A stretch of DNA of 64,000 nt from Eledone cirrhosa (lineage: Eukaryota): positions 100,564,001 through 100,628,000 of the forward strand of contig OZ024741.1 in the NCBI GenBank assembly GCA_964016885.1, read 5' to 3'. The notes beneath the pieces are model-generated. The model was not told the origin of the DNA. It was given only the letters and a program-made list of their open reading frames with translations, and did no database searches. Of this stretch, positions 36,306 through 50,912 are shown piece by piece. Every line of letters begins with the position of its first letter. The first letter of the stretch is position 1. The position numbers and the translations under genes are program-made.

Positions 36306-37700
36306 ACACCATCACTGCCACCCTAATAGCACCACCACTGCCACCCTAATAGCACCACCACTGCCAAACTAGTATCACCACTATCACCGCCACTACCCCC
36401 CCCCCCCAATGTGAACACCACTATCACCCTGATATCGCCACCACTGCCACCCCAATAACACCACCACTGCCATCCCCAATGTCACCACCACTGCCAACCT
36501 GATATCACCACCACTGCCACCCCGATATCGCCACCACTACCACCCCGATATCACCACCACTGCCACCCTAATGTCACCACCACTACCACCCCAATATCAC
36601 CACCACTGCCACCCCAATATCACCACCACTACCACCCCGATATCACCACCCCTACCACACTGATATCACCACCACCGCCACCCCAATATCACCACCACTA
36701 CCACCCCGATATCACCACCACTACCACCCCAATATATCCACCACTACCACCCTGATATCACCACCACTACCACCCTGATATCACCACCACTACCACCCTG
36801 ATATCACCACCACTACCACCCCGATATCACCGCCACCGCCATCCCCGATATCACCGCCACCGCCATCCCCGATATCACTGCCACCGCCATCCCCGATATC
36901 ACCGCCACCGCCACCCCCGATATCACCACCACCGCCACCCCCGATATCACCACCACCGCCACCCCCGATATCACCACCACCGCCACCCCCGATATCACCA
37001 CCACCGCCACCCCCGATATCACCACCACTGCCACCCCCGATATCACCACCACTGCCACCCCGATATCACCACCACTACCACCCCGATATCACCACCACTA
37101 CCACCCCAATATATCCACCACTACCACCCTGATATCACCACCACTACCACCCCAATATATCCACCACAACCATCCCAATATATCCACCACTACCACCCTG
37201 ATATCACCACCACTACCACCCTGATATCACCACCACTACCACCCCGATATCATCGCCATCCCCGATATCACCGCCACCGCCATCTCCGATATCACCGCCA
37301 CCGCCATCCCCGATATCACCACCACTGCCACCCCCGATATCACCACCACTACCACCCCGATATCACCGCCATCCCCGATATCACCGCCACTGCCACCCCC
37401 GATATCACCACCACTGCCACCCCGATATCACCACCACTGCCACCCCGATATCACCACCACTGCCACCCCCGATATCACCACCACTGCCACCCCCGATATC
37501 ACCACCACTGCCACCCCCGATATCACCACCACTGCCACCCCCGATATCACCACCACTGCCACCCCGATATCACCACCACTGCCACCCCGATATCACCACC
37601 ACTGCCACCCCCGATATCACCACCACTGCCACCCCGATATCACCACCACTGCCACCCCGATATCACCACCACTGCCACCCCCGATATCACCACCACTACT
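36306..37700. repeat. 20/21-bp C-rich minisatellite (~1.4 kb)
   Basis: Unit GATATCACCACCAC(T/C)(G/A)CCACCCC(C), with blocks of sub-variants. Confidence 0.97.
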
Positions 37701-39564
37701 TCCACACTAATGTCAGCACCAACATCACCATCACTCTGGTACTGTGCCACCACCAATGTAACACTAACATTACTACTGCATCACTTCTACAACAACTAGT
37801 ACTGCAGCACTGTATCACTTAGCATCACTACAGTACTACTACCATCACTACCCCAAGCACACTACTTCTGTAGCACCATTATCAATCAACTGCAGACAAC
37901 CTCTCTGGTGATGGTGGCATGATGGAATGCTCTTCACCCATGCTGTAAGCTATAAACAACAACAGACACACAAAGTTGATTGCTTTTTCTCTGTTGTCCT
38001 CCTCTCTCCACCAGATGGCAAATGACCACAGCAAGTTGTGAGATAAAGGACCACAGTTGGTAGCAAGACTATGTAAAACCAGGTCTAGCCCATGCAAACA
38101 TGGAAAAATTGGTTGTTAAAATGGTGATGGTGATGATGATGGTGGTGGTTATGATGATTGCTACTTTCATAATACTACCACTGCTGTGATATTATTTATA
38201 CCATTGCTACCTCACTAGTACCCAACCACCACACCACCACCATTCTGTCTCAGCTCCCATTTTCTTTTTCTTGTTACAGCAATGATTCTTACGTTATTGC
38301 TTTGCTCCCCTCCTCTTTCTTTCCTTCCACATTCACCCCTACAACATTCTTTACCAAAGTGCTTCCTCCTCCACCACTCTGCCTCTGTTCCTAACTCCCT
38401 ACCCCCCACCTCCCCGACAAACATAACTCCCTTCTTTATGCCAGCAGCAGTAGTTACATCATCATGACAAAGATGTTGACAATTATATAGTTTTGCATTC
38501 CTCAGTTTCTGTCTCTTTGATGCAGCAAACACTGTTTTACTGTACTGGGTACAACCATGCTCAGACACACATGCACACTTACACACATGCTCATACATGC
38601 ATGCACATACACACATACATATGTATGCATAGACACATACACAGGCAAACAAGCTGTAAGTTTGACAGGCATATAGAGACCCGGGGTGTAAATATACAGA
38701 CAGTCCAAATAAATTAGATATATTTATGTACAGACAGACATATGGAAACTGACATATACAAAAACAGATAACCATACCTTTATAGACCTATAAACACTAT
38801 TAGATAGACATGTAGACATTGAAAGATCAACCTGCATAACTAAATGTTTATACACAGATTTATAGATATATATATATGAGAGAGACAGAGACTTACATGG
38901 CACGTGTGTATGTGTGCACGTGTATATATACATACATATACATGCAGACACACACAACATGTGCGCCATGTGGCTGTTTCTCTCTTTATCTCTCTTAATA
39001 TATATAATTATTTAGGCTAATGGATCAACCTAAATAATAAAACACCACATTCTACGATGTTATTGAGTACTTTAACTTGTTCGTTAAAACCAATGGTTAT
39101 ATGTATATTTGTTTATATCTTTTGTTTTATATAAATCTTTGTGAAAAAACAGTGTTCTTTAAATGAAACCTATGTTCCAATTATAGAATCAAAAGTGAAC
39201 TATCTTTTCCATTGCTTTCTATACTCAGCATCACTGGTCTAGCTGTTAATATTGATATGCAAGCTGCCCTGTGTTATTTTTACTCACACCCTTGTATTTA
39301 ATAAGGTGGGGGAGGTCTACTCAGACTTCTCATACCAATCGACAAGTCGATACAGTACTGCTGAATGGTTAAGAAGTCTGTTTCTCAGTCATCAGGTCCA
39401 TAGCCTAGAGTCAGCCCAGAAGGTGTTTAGAAGGTCATCACGTGGACTGTACCTGTATTTGAAAGGGCCAGCCTTGTCACTGCATTAAATATATTAACAG
39501 TAACTTAACTGTTGTTTGTCATGAAGATAGCATCTCTGTGATTTATTTATGCCTACTCAATATA

Positions 39565-39755
39565 CAGTGGCCTAGTGGTTAAGCTGTTTGACCTATGATC
39601 ATAATGTGAGTTCCATTCCTGGACCTGGTGGCGCATTGTGTTCTTGAGCAAAACACTTCATTTCACAATACTCCAGTATACTCAGCTGAAAATATGTAAC
39701 AGCAGCAACTGAGGGTGAACCCTGTGATTGACTGGCATCCTGTCCAGTGGGGAAT
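39565..39755 (+). mobile_element. tRNA-derived SINE, family B
   Basis: TGGCCTAGTGGTTAAG, GAGTTCCATTCC, GTGTTCTTGAGCAAAACAC, GACTGGCATCCTGTCCAG. Confidence 0.75.
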
Positions 39756-40421
39756 CGGTTACAACTGGTGATGAAAAATAAAACTAGGGATAAGCGCAGG
39801 TGTAATGAGCTTGATGGCTTGGGACAATCTTTAACTCAAAATACAATATTGAACATCTTAGTGGCTCTCTCATTACTACTTCAGAAGTATGAGGGGTAAA
39901 ATATGCTTCACTGAGGTGGCTTAATAGTAAAAGAATATGCCTGGAGTTATCTCCTCTAATTATCAAAACAATACTAGTTTATGATCAAACCTTGTCTTTT
40001 CCTCGATTAATAATATTTGTTATGCTCACCACATTAAATGTTAATAACTATACTTCTTATTGTGGTAGTTTAATTTTCTCACACAGCTGTTTGGTTCTCA
40101 ATGGCACCACAAAACATACACATCGCAGCACACCACAACACACATACGCATACACATTGCAGCACCAATACACACACATTGCAGCACACATACACATGTG
40201 CGCACTCTACTGTACTTGCTAAATGTACTCCTCTACCTTCACCCTCATAACAAGACCCCAACCCTATCCCTGACCCTGCTAGTAGTTGATATAAAAAGAA
40301 ACTGGCAAATGCTTGGTTATATGTCTATATGTCATTTCTATCCCCATTCACAAGCTCTGTTCTGAGAACAGGTTTAATGCACAAGCTAAGTTGGCTAACA
40401 TCACTGTAATTAATAATCATA

Positions 40422-40473
<52 letters not shown>

Positions 40474-41279
40474 AGCTGCACTCAGTTTATAAAACATTTT
40501 TTTTTTTGTTTTTTATTTTGTGTGTGCTTCACTTCTATTACAGCTGCAATATAATAACTAAAAAGTAATATAGTGGAGACAACAACAACACATATCGATG
40601 GATGTTTTAAATAGATGGAAGAGAGAAATAGAGATATGGGTTAGACAGATAGAGAGGAATTAGATTGTAGAGGGAGGGGGTAGATAGATAGATAGATTAA
40701 CTAGCTGATAAAGAGAGGAAGATAGACCAAGGGTTAAAAGGCTAGAGAGTAATGAGATGGTAAGAAGGAGAGAAAAAGAAAGACAGGAGTCAATAGATAT
40801 ATGTATGCAGAGAGAGAGGTGGAGAGTACAAGAACGCCAGAATTACATCACGAATACTACATCACTGCAAGTTCAAAAATCATAGAACAAGCCCACAAAT
40901 ACATGCACACACACATGCACACAACAGTTACATTGAACAAAACACCAACACATAAGCACAACCTACATACACAGCCACATAAACAACAAACACATCCACT
41001 ACAACCACCACCAAAAAATCTAAAAAAAAAACAGGCCCAACAACAATAAACGTTACAAAAAAAAAAATAAAAAGAATATCATTCAGAAATATATCTGCGT
41101 GTTGCAAGCCTATTAGATTAAAAGCATTTGTTGTAGATGTGTTATGTTGAGAAATAATGCTGATGCAGCAGTTTGACATGGTATGACACTGTACAGTGTG
41201 TGTTGTGTAATAAAAATAGAGGTGTGGCAGCAGGTACTATAAAGGACACTGGCTAAACTGACCAGCAGACCAAATTACC

Positions 41280-41815
41280 ATTATAGTAAACCAGTTGTGA
41301 ATTAAACTACTGTAGTAAACCAGAAGTAATGAACAGTTGTAGTGAATTAAACCTCTGTACTGAACTAGAAGTGATGAACAGCTATAATAAACCACTTATG
41401 AATTAAACCTCTGTAGTAAACCAGAAGTAATAAACAGCTATAGTAAACCAGTTGTGAATTAAACCTCTGAAAGAAACCAGATGTAATGAAAAGTTGTAGT
41501 GAACCAGTTATGAATTAAACCACTGTAGTAAACTAGAAGTAATGAACAGTTGTGAATTAAACCTCTAATAAACCAGTAATGAATTAAACCTATGTAGTAA
41601 ACCAGAAGTAACGAACAGCTGTAGTAAACCAGTTGTGAATTAAACCTCTGTAGGAAGCCAGATGTAATGAAAAGTTGTGAATTAAACTCTGTTATAAACC
41701 AGTAATGAATTAAACCTGTTATAAACCAGTAATGAATTAAACATCTGTAGTAAACCAGATGTAATGAACAGCTGTAGTAAACTAGAAGTAATAAACATCT
41801 GTGAGTTAAAACTAA
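41280..41815. repeat. Degenerate modular minisatellite
   Basis: Shuffled modules GTAGTAAACCAG / AAGTAATGAACAG / TGTGAATTAAACCTCT. Confidence 0.9.
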
Positions 41816-42262
41816 TGTATTAAGCAATCAGTAAACTAATACATCTGTAGTGTAACAATTTATCCAGTAATGTCTCCAATATGGTGTCTTCATTATTCTG
41901 GTCTCTGTTGTTGTGTCCAGAGAAATATATTTAATTGCTTCATTATTAAGCTACTTATCATAGATTTGGTTTTACACCCAACTATGTTATATTAATTTGG
42001 ACTGGTGAGTGAGGAGGTTTGAGGGTGCTGCTATTGTTTGTTGTTGTTGCTACTGTTGCATTTGTTGTCTACTACATGATCATATTTTGTAATCATTCAC
42101 CTTGTTTAGTATACATCTAGCTACAATTAAGTTTTAAAACTAGTGATTTTCATCAAAATAGCTGTCCACTATGAGTTTTCTTTTTATTTTTTATTTCTAT
42201 CCATCTTTTAGTTGATTGTTCCCTCCCCACACATACTCTCATATATATATATACACACACAC

Positions 42263-42360
42263 ACAGGGTGTCACAAAATATGTATATACACATTGATTAC
42301 CTGTACAGGCAATATTTATTAGAATGCTGTTGAAGTGTGTATACATTTTTGGGGAAGTCC

Positions 42361-42363
<3 letters not shown>
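42263..42363. mobile_element. Tc1/mariner-type MITE remnant
   Basis: CAGGGTGTCACAAAATATGTATA ... TGTATACATTTTTGGGGAAGTCCTG imperfect TIRs. Confidence 0.55.
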
Positions 42364-42422
<59 letters not shown>

Positions 42423-42810
42423 ACAGATCTGTATGAGTAAGACGCAGTGCAGTCTCTTAACTTGAAAACCCATCTGACCCATGCAAGCATGGAGAATAGA
42501 TGTTAAATGACTGTGTGTACCATTTTGTCTATCTGTGTGCATATATAGTGTGTATGTGATAGAGAGTGTGTGTGTAACTTTCTGTGTATGCTGGTGTATT
42601 TCAGTATATAAGTAGTTTTGTGGATAATGAAGGTATTTTTAGTTCAATTTTGTTTGTTGTATTTCTGTATGTGTTGTTTTGTGTGTGTGAGAGAGAGTTC
42701 ACATGTACTTACTACACACTGTAAGGTGGGGATGTGTTTCCTAGACTAACCTGACTCTGAGATATATTCCTATCCTATCTTTATAATAGATGCTTGCATC
42801 ATCTTGACAT

Positions 42811-42892
42811 TTCCAGTGAACCATGATCTGTAGCATTTTATGTGCAATGCTGGAACCACAGAGAAAATGTCACAGTTCATTGGTTCACTGGA
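42811..42892. repeat. Imperfect inverted repeat (~35-bp arms)
   Basis: TCCAGTGAACCATGATCTGT.. / ..ACAGTTCATTGGTTCACTGGA. Confidence 0.7.
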
Positions 42893-43240
42893 GATTCTCT
42901 ATAACAATTTTAAGTTTCCTATGCAGTTTGATGTTCTCTGGTTAAGGACCTGTAGGTCAAATATATCACATCTTAGAAACCTATAAACTGACCTGAGCTA
43001 ACTCCCCCACTGGCTGCTTGGTAGTTTATAGTCTATAACTAATTGATAATATAATGGAAGTTGAAGCAACTAGTTCAATAATAATAAATGATTTTAAAAA
43101 ATACAAAAAAAGTAGGACAAAAGAAATAGTGCCATTTAAATAAGAGAATTATGTTTTGTACTACTAGACCTTTCTTCTGTTAAGGATTTCCTTCACAACT
43201 CATTGACATTATTCAGGGTTTTTGGAGGGTTTTTTTAAGT

Positions 43241-43440
43241 GGAAGTGCATGGCCTAGTCATAAGGGTATTGTACTTACAATCACAGTGTCATGGGTTCGA
43301 TTCCTGGGCTGGGTAGCATGTTGTGTTCTTGTGCAAAACATTTCATTTCATGTTGCTCCAGTATACTCAGTTAAAAATGAATACCTTATGATGGACTGGC
43401 ATCCTGTCCAGGGGGAAGTCTTGTACTCTGTTGCTTCATG
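43241..43440 (+). mobile_element. tRNA-derived SINE, family B
   Basis: TGGCCTAGT A-box, GGTTCGATTCC B-box, GTGTTCTTGTGCAAAACA, GGACTGGCATCCTGTCCAGGGG. Confidence 0.8.
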
Positions 43441-43527
43441 CCATCGTTTTTAACATTTGTTTCTTTATAGTAGGTCTACGGTGCAGAGTATTGCCAGCCA
43501 TCTTCTTAATTGTGAGCCTTATCTTCT

Positions 43528-43832
43528 TCAGCTCCAACCCCATTTTTCTTGGTCTAACACTATGCTTAACCAGGTTTCTCCCTAGCTAGCAAACATACTT
43601 CAGATCCAACCCCACTTTTCTTGATCTAACATTATACTAAACCATGTCTTTCTCTAGCTAGTAAACATATTTCAGATCCAACCCCACTTTCCTTGATCTA
43701 ACACTGTACTAAACCAGGTCTTTCTCTAGCTAGTAAATATACTTCAAATCCAACCCCACTTTTCTTGATCTAACACTGTACTCAACCAAGTCTCTCTCTA
43801 GCTAGCAATGTTATACATTGATCTAACACTAT
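43528..43832. repeat. 72-bp tandem repeat, ~4 copies
   Basis: CTTCAGATCCAACCCCACTTTTCTTGATCTAACAC.. recurring at 72-bp period (43601, 43673, 43745). Confidence 0.93.
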
Positions 43833-45248
43833 ATTCATCCAGGTATCTCTTTAGCAAGTATAAGTATATACACAGCATGTTTCCACCCATTAAACTATTA
43901 TTCATATATCATTTACATCACTTATCTATGTCAGTGAGTTATCTCTTTGTTCCCCTGCTTACATCGGCTGATTCCTTTAACTACCTGACCATTCTTACAA
44001 CAGTTAGCTCATTAAATTGGAACTCAGGTTCAGTATTTGACCATTTCATGCTTGCATTGTTCAGTAGCTACATTTATTACTACAAAGCCTCCACATTGCT
44101 GCAGTTGTTGTTCTTCTTCTTTTTCTTTTTCTTTTTCTTTTCCTTTTTCTTTTTCTTTTTCTTTTTCTTTTTCTTCTTTTTCTTCTGCTTCTTCTTCTCC
44201 TCCCCCTCCATACTTGCAATAGGTTCGATGGGTCCTATCTAACACAGCAGTCCCACCCACTTGTAGTATTCCTTCATTGTCTCCTCTGTGACATTCAGTA
44301 TTTTGAGATCAGCTCTAACCACGTCTGTCTAGGTTTTTTTCTTGGTTTTCCCCGCTAATCTTCTCAAAATAGCAGTTGAATCTCACTCAAATTATGTCAT
44401 AGATCCCCCACCCCACTGGAAAAGGAAGGACATATTGGATCATGTAGTTCTAGATATATTATGTAGTTCTAGATATGTTATGAAAATATGATGTGGTGGT
44501 CACAGGTGGAACACTCTTTTGATCATAGGTTTGCTTGATCCAAGCATTCAATCATAATTTTTAGCTATAGCCATTTTGTCTTTATAAAGGATCAAGCTGT
44601 TCCAAGATTTAGGGACTTAAAATGATTTTAAAATTCCTATTAACCAGCTAAAGAATATATTATCCTTTACATTCCTTTGTGTATAATCTGCCAGAGACTG
44701 CTTCACTGTGGGATGTTTCCTTTTCTCCTCTAATACTACTTTTGGTGTATTAAAGATGGTAAAACAAAGAATTTCCACTCCTTCTCTCTCTCTCTCAACA
44801 CACACACACGCTTTAACTTTCTCTCTCTCATTCGCTCTCCCCTCTTTCCTTCCTTCATATATTTCCCTCTCCAATTCTTCATTCCCTCTTTCTCATCCTC
44901 TGTCTACTTTTCTTTCTCCTCCCCTCTCTCTTTCTCTACTTCATATTATTTCCCTCTCATATTCCTTCTTCTATTCTTCATTTTCCTCCCACTTTTTCAT
45001 CTTCTGTTTGTCATTATCAGCCCCCCCCCCCTCTGCTTACCCCTTCTCTTTTTCTATTTCTCCAATCTATCTATATATCTATATGCACCAGACACAATGT
45101 GGAATATCTCCCAAGTTGTTCCACCATCTTACTATTTTTCACCACTTCCATCACTACTCCACCCTGCCAACTTGTCTGTCTTCCCCACATGAAGAGAATA
45201 AACACATGTATTTATCCATATTTCTAATACACACACACGTGTGTATCT

Positions 45249-45313
<65 letters not shown>

Positions 45314-45397
45314 GACATATGTATATGTTACCATCATCATCGTTTAACATCCATTTTCCACACAGATATATATGTGTGTATGTGTAGATATGCATGC

Positions 45398-45452
<55 letters not shown>

Positions 45453-46989
45453 CATATTTATACACACACACATAGATGGTATACATGGTATACATATATC
45501 AACATGGGGGCCCTCATGTAATCTAAGATTTATTACTCTGATCCTTTATTTTATCTCCTGTCTGTTTATCTCTATATAAAAAGTTAAACTCACGGATTAA
45601 TTCCTCATTTTATATCTCACTAACACCTCTTTCTCTCTGATAATGATGATTAGCTACGCAACCTGAACACACACACACTCGCGCATATATGTGTGTGTGT
45701 GTGTAACCCTTGTTAGCATGGAAAAATGGATGTAAAATGATGATGGTGTGTATATATCTATATGTATGTATTTATATATGTATATATATATATCGTGGAA
45801 AATGGACATTAAACGATGATGATGATGATGATATATATATATAAAACAGTTAAGATTTTTATGATAAACTTAAATGATGCAAATACAGGATGGTAAAAAA
45901 GAATGTGATGGTACTGTGAGCAGGAATTGAACCATGCACCTGCTCTGTGTTTGTGTATGAGGGAGACATAGACATTGCATTATACATCTCTACAATTACT
46001 GTTACCATGACATCAGACATACCACAACTCACAAAGGAGTCTCTAAGTGGTCGCTAGACCTTCTAAAAAATAACAGCTAAATTACCCTTAATTTCTGCCC
46101 TCCTGTCTTAAAAAAAAACCCAGACACATTGAATAATATAATCCTAGATACACTTTACCTTTAAAAAAAATGATATGGTCAGAGTGAGAAGACCTTTGAT
46201 CATGGGTAGGTCTACTTAATTGAACCTGACTTGAAGCTAAACAACAATGAAGACAACATACCACATGCCTTACCACTCGTGTACATACACACACAAACAC
46301 ATGTAATCATGCTCCCCCATCAAATGCAACCACCACCACCATGTCTCATTCCATTTATACTTCCAAGAAAAAGTATCTATGAATTAGTTAGGCTTCTTTT
46401 ACTTTCTGTGCATGCGTGTCTGTGTGTGTGTATGCATGCATTTATGTTCATGTGTGTATTATGAACTGTAAATGATCAGGCTAGACATATTAGACATTTT
46501 GTTGTTGTTGTTGTTTTTTTTTGGGGGGGGGGGGGGTATAAAGAAGGGCAGCACACATGGCCCTACTCAGAAGTTATTTTTTGACCAGAGACCTGAAACT
46601 ACCCTTGGTTCTACAACACAAAACTGTTTGTTTTAAAACGTTTCTATTTAAAATCCTGCCATCTTAATTTTATATAAGAACCTTTGTAAAGTTGTACTTC
46701 AAACAATAGCAATGTAGACAGTTGTATTACTAAATTACTCCAAATTCTCGATTCTTATCAAAATAAATTGAAACATTGGGAAACTCTTTCATTAAAAAGA
46801 TGGTAATAAAAGGATTAAGTTGACTACATAAGAATAGGAACAGTCCCACCTCGAAGGTACTACATAGTTACCACTGTCTGCCAAATTCCACTTGCAAGAT
46901 ATTGGTCAGCCCAAGAACTACAGTAGAAGGTACTTATCCAAGATACTGTGAAGAGGGATTGAACATTTGGTTGTGAAGCAAACTTCTTA

Positions 46990-47180
46990 ATAATTGTTTC
47001 TACTTTTGGCACAAGGCCAGCAATTACCCAGTGCATTACTGGTACTTTATTTTATCGACCCCGTAAGGATGAAAGACAAAGTTAATCTTGGCGGGATTTG
47101 AACTCAGAATGGAAAGGGCCGTAACTCTTTGTGTCAAAGCATGGCGTCCGATCCTCTACCGATACTGCCAATCCCCCCTT
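46990..47180 (-). mobile_element. tRNA-derived SINE, family A
   Basis: Close reverse complement of 22368-22545. Confidence 0.88.
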
Positions 47181-48418
47181 AACAATACAGCTATGCTTGC
47201 ATTAAAGAGAGATTTGAAGTGCCACCAGAAGACATTTAGCCATTCATCCCCACTTAACCCTCTTGATACCAAACTGCCTAAAGCTGCCCGTGGTTTTATG
47301 ATACAAAGCCATTTATTTTAAATTGTTTATATCTATCTGAAAACCTTTCATCATATTTTAATGTAAGAACCTTTGCTAAATTATGCTCCAAACATCAGCT
47401 TAATAAAAGAAATTCTAGTTATATCCTAAATTCTTGATTATTTGAAAATCATAGACTGTCTTTTATTTGAAATATGTAAGAAAAAGTTAGGGAGGGGTAA
47501 ATTTCATAAGTACCAGTAAGATATTCACTTGATTATGTCTTCTTCACCTATAGAGACTGTATGTCACACTAGACAAGGCAATATATGCTTCGTCTACTTA
47601 GTAAACTTGCTTACTCATAAGTAACTATTTTTCATTTGAAGCTACTCCCAGCAAAGCAAAAATTAAAACTTACTAGAACAATCCAACATCATAAACTATA
47701 TCATCTTCACTGCCATCATTCTTTATAAAACTGTATAATTCAATCTATGCAACTGAAGCTATGTCTTTACAATCAAGGGAAGAATTTTTTAGTGTTTGTT
47801 GCAATTATTAGCTGTTACAATTCTTCATTTTCTGACATGCTACTCTGCCATTCCACCATGATAGTATCTGGTATTTTATATATGTAAGCTATCACATACC
47901 TTCAGACATCTTAACTGATATATACTCAGTTACACAGCACTTGATATCTCATAATAAAATAACAACACTTCTCCTCATCTGTTATGTACCTAATTAATAT
48001 AGCTCGTAGCTCTCGTATATTTTCCATTTTATCCTCTGTTATCATCATATAATGAAAGGAATTTACTGTGGGATATTCTCTTAAATATATCTTGTGTGCT
48101 GCAGATGTCCTTTGCAATTTTCAATTCAAGCTAAATGCACAGCATTTTCAGTATATGTCTTCGACCATAACCTTGGGTCAACCAAACCTTTGTAAGTGAA
48201 ATTAGGTAGACAGAAATTGTTCTGGTGTTTTTTTGAGTAAATGTAATCTCTTTGTTTAACCCGCTCATTACCATATTTTTAATGAAAACACTGCCTTTGA
48301 TTTTCAATTAATTTTAGAAATAATTAGGAATTTGGAAGGATTTATTCATACAACTTTTTCATTATCATTTATAATTCAAGTTAATACAGGAATAAAATAG
48401 AATCATATTTAGGATTAA

Positions 48419-48643
48419 CCCTTTCATTACCATATTTCTAATAAAATACATTGCCTATAATTTTCAATTAATTTCGAAAATAATTAAGAATTTGGATTAG
48501 ATTTAGTTATATAGCTTTCTCATTATGAAGCTAATATTTGAAACATAACTCTTAGATGAAATAATGGAGGGAAGGTTTTAGATAAATATAAACACATTAA
48601 AACAGTTTTGTATTATAGAACCAGGTAGTTTAATATCAAAGGG
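48419..48643. mobile_element. piggyBac-type MITE, second abundant family (~225-300 bp)
   Basis: TTAA-CCCTTTCATTAC ... AATATCAAAGGG-TTAA. Related copies near 3468, 18552-18852, 19815-20030, 46580-46818, 47254, 48257, 53720, 54040, 54303-54612, 61100-61545. Confidence 0.7.
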
Positions 48644-48892
48644 TTAACATAGCCTGCCAGTACCTTGGGCAAAGTCAATTTCATTGCAAGCATTCAGTCC
48701 AGATCCGAGGTACAGTACCTATCTTCCCCTCACCAACCATGGAGCACCTAAAATATCATTGCTTTTGCTGTTTATTCTCTGACTAAGCCATGTTTTTGTT
48801 TTAAAATATAAATATGCATTTGTGTATGTGCGTGTGCGCATGCACTCATGCACATAAAACTCAAGACTACCAAGTAACTAAACTTATGTGTT

Positions 48893-48968
<76 letters not shown>

Positions 48969-49403
48969 AAGTATATACACACCATCGTTTTTACGTGTTA
49001 ACTTTTCCTTGTTGACATGGGATGGATGGGACTTTTTAAGGCAATGTTTTACAGCCAGATGCCCTTCCTGCTACCAACCCTTTTAGTTGTAGAGATATAG
49101 TGTATCATTTCTAAACTAGATACACACATTTATACATTTATAAACAAGCATGGGATAGTGCTGGCACCGTAATAAAATGCACCCAGTCCACTCTGTAAAG
49201 TTGTAATGTTTGTATTAGGACGGGTACCCAGCCGTAGAAACCATACCTAATATGGAATGTAGCATAAAAATGGTCACTCTGACTGTGACAACCTGCCCAA
49301 CACGTCAGCATGGAGAGGGGACATAAAATGAGGATGATGATTAAACAAAGCAGTTGACTTAAGAAGCATTGGTATACACACATTTCAAATGTATGTATGT
49401 ATG

Positions 49404-49474
<71 letters not shown>

Positions 49475-49569
49475 ATAGATAGATAGATAAGGATAGAAAG
49501 TAGATCGGTATACAAGCAGATAGCCAGACAGATGCACGCACACGCATGCACACACAGACACATACACAC

Positions 49570-49647
<78 letters not shown>

Positions 49648-50454
49648 TGTAGTGAAAAGGAAATGGGGTTTTGAAACACATTTTACAAACAAGCCAAATA
49701 TTTCAAGTCTTAAAACAATGTAGACAAAAAAATAATAATAATTATTATTATTTACTTCAAAAGTTTAGAAAATATTTTATCGTTTGATGTGTTCCACACT
49801 TCCCCCTTTCTAAAAGGTTGTTTTTAATGTGACGGAAAGGGTGCAGATTTACGAGTTTGTATGACAACAACCAGACATCCAGATGAAGAGAATATGTCTG
49901 TTTAATTGTCTTCTAAACCTACCAAATTGCCTTCTTACGTCTACAGCTGCGACTCTATGCACTTAATCTGTTAATTAGATGTACGCTTGGAATTATTGAC
50001 TGGAGTAAGAGTAGAAGCAGACATCTTTCAACACCACACAATCATATTATTCATTTGTTTATTCCAGACGTGTCTACTGCATATTCGGTGTAAATAAACT
50101 TTTACCTTTGTTCTAATATTCTTTTGTGATTGTGTGTGTGTGTGTCTGTGTGTGTATGTATATGTGTGTACGGGTGTGTGAGTTGTGTTTGTGAGTATAT
50201 GTGTGTATGTGAGTGTGTGTGTGTTGTGTTTGCTTTGTTTTACAATTTAGTTTAAATTTTGAAGGGATTATATAAATATATACTCATTTATTTATGTTAA
50301 TCAAATTAGTGTAAATTAGTTGTGCATTTACATCAAGCTTAATATGCATAAATTATTTACACAAATCTTATGTACAATCCTAATATTAGTCCTTGAAAAA
50401 TGTGTGCATGTAGTTAAATATGTACATAATTATCCGTGTGTGCTTGTGTGTGTT

Positions 50455-50540
<86 letters not shown>

Positions 50541-50635
50541 CATACGTGTGTGTGTGTGTATATATATATACAATACCATCACCACCACCACCATGTGTGT
50601 ATATGTGTGTGTGTGTACATTGTACCTCCAACGAT

Positions 50636-50912
50636 TCTGATGACAAGTGTTTCACTTGGAATTAACGAGCGAGTAGCTAAGTATTCCACAGACATGTGTA
50701 CTCTTAATGTAGTTCTCAGGGAGATTCAGCACAGCACAGTTTGCGAAAATGTTGACTCTGAATTACAGGTACAACTCATATTTTCCAGCTGAGTGGACTG
50801 GTGCAGCATGAAATAATGTGTGTTGTTCATGGGTACAACATGCCACAAGGGATCGAACTCACAACCTTACAGTCATGTGCAAAAATCCTTAACCGCTAAG
50901 CCATGTGCCTTC
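50636..50912 (-). mobile_element. tRNA-derived SINE (family B head with extended body)
   Basis: GGGATCGAACTC (B-box rc), CCTTAACCGCTAAGCCATGTGCCTTC (A-box rc), CAGCTGAGTGGACTGG. Confidence 0.75.

Noticed and set aside
44708-45579. ORFs made of (CT)n, (TA)n and (CA)n here and throughout the window
   Set aside because: Microsatellite translations (YIYI, THTH, SLSL, ERER) with no coding signal.
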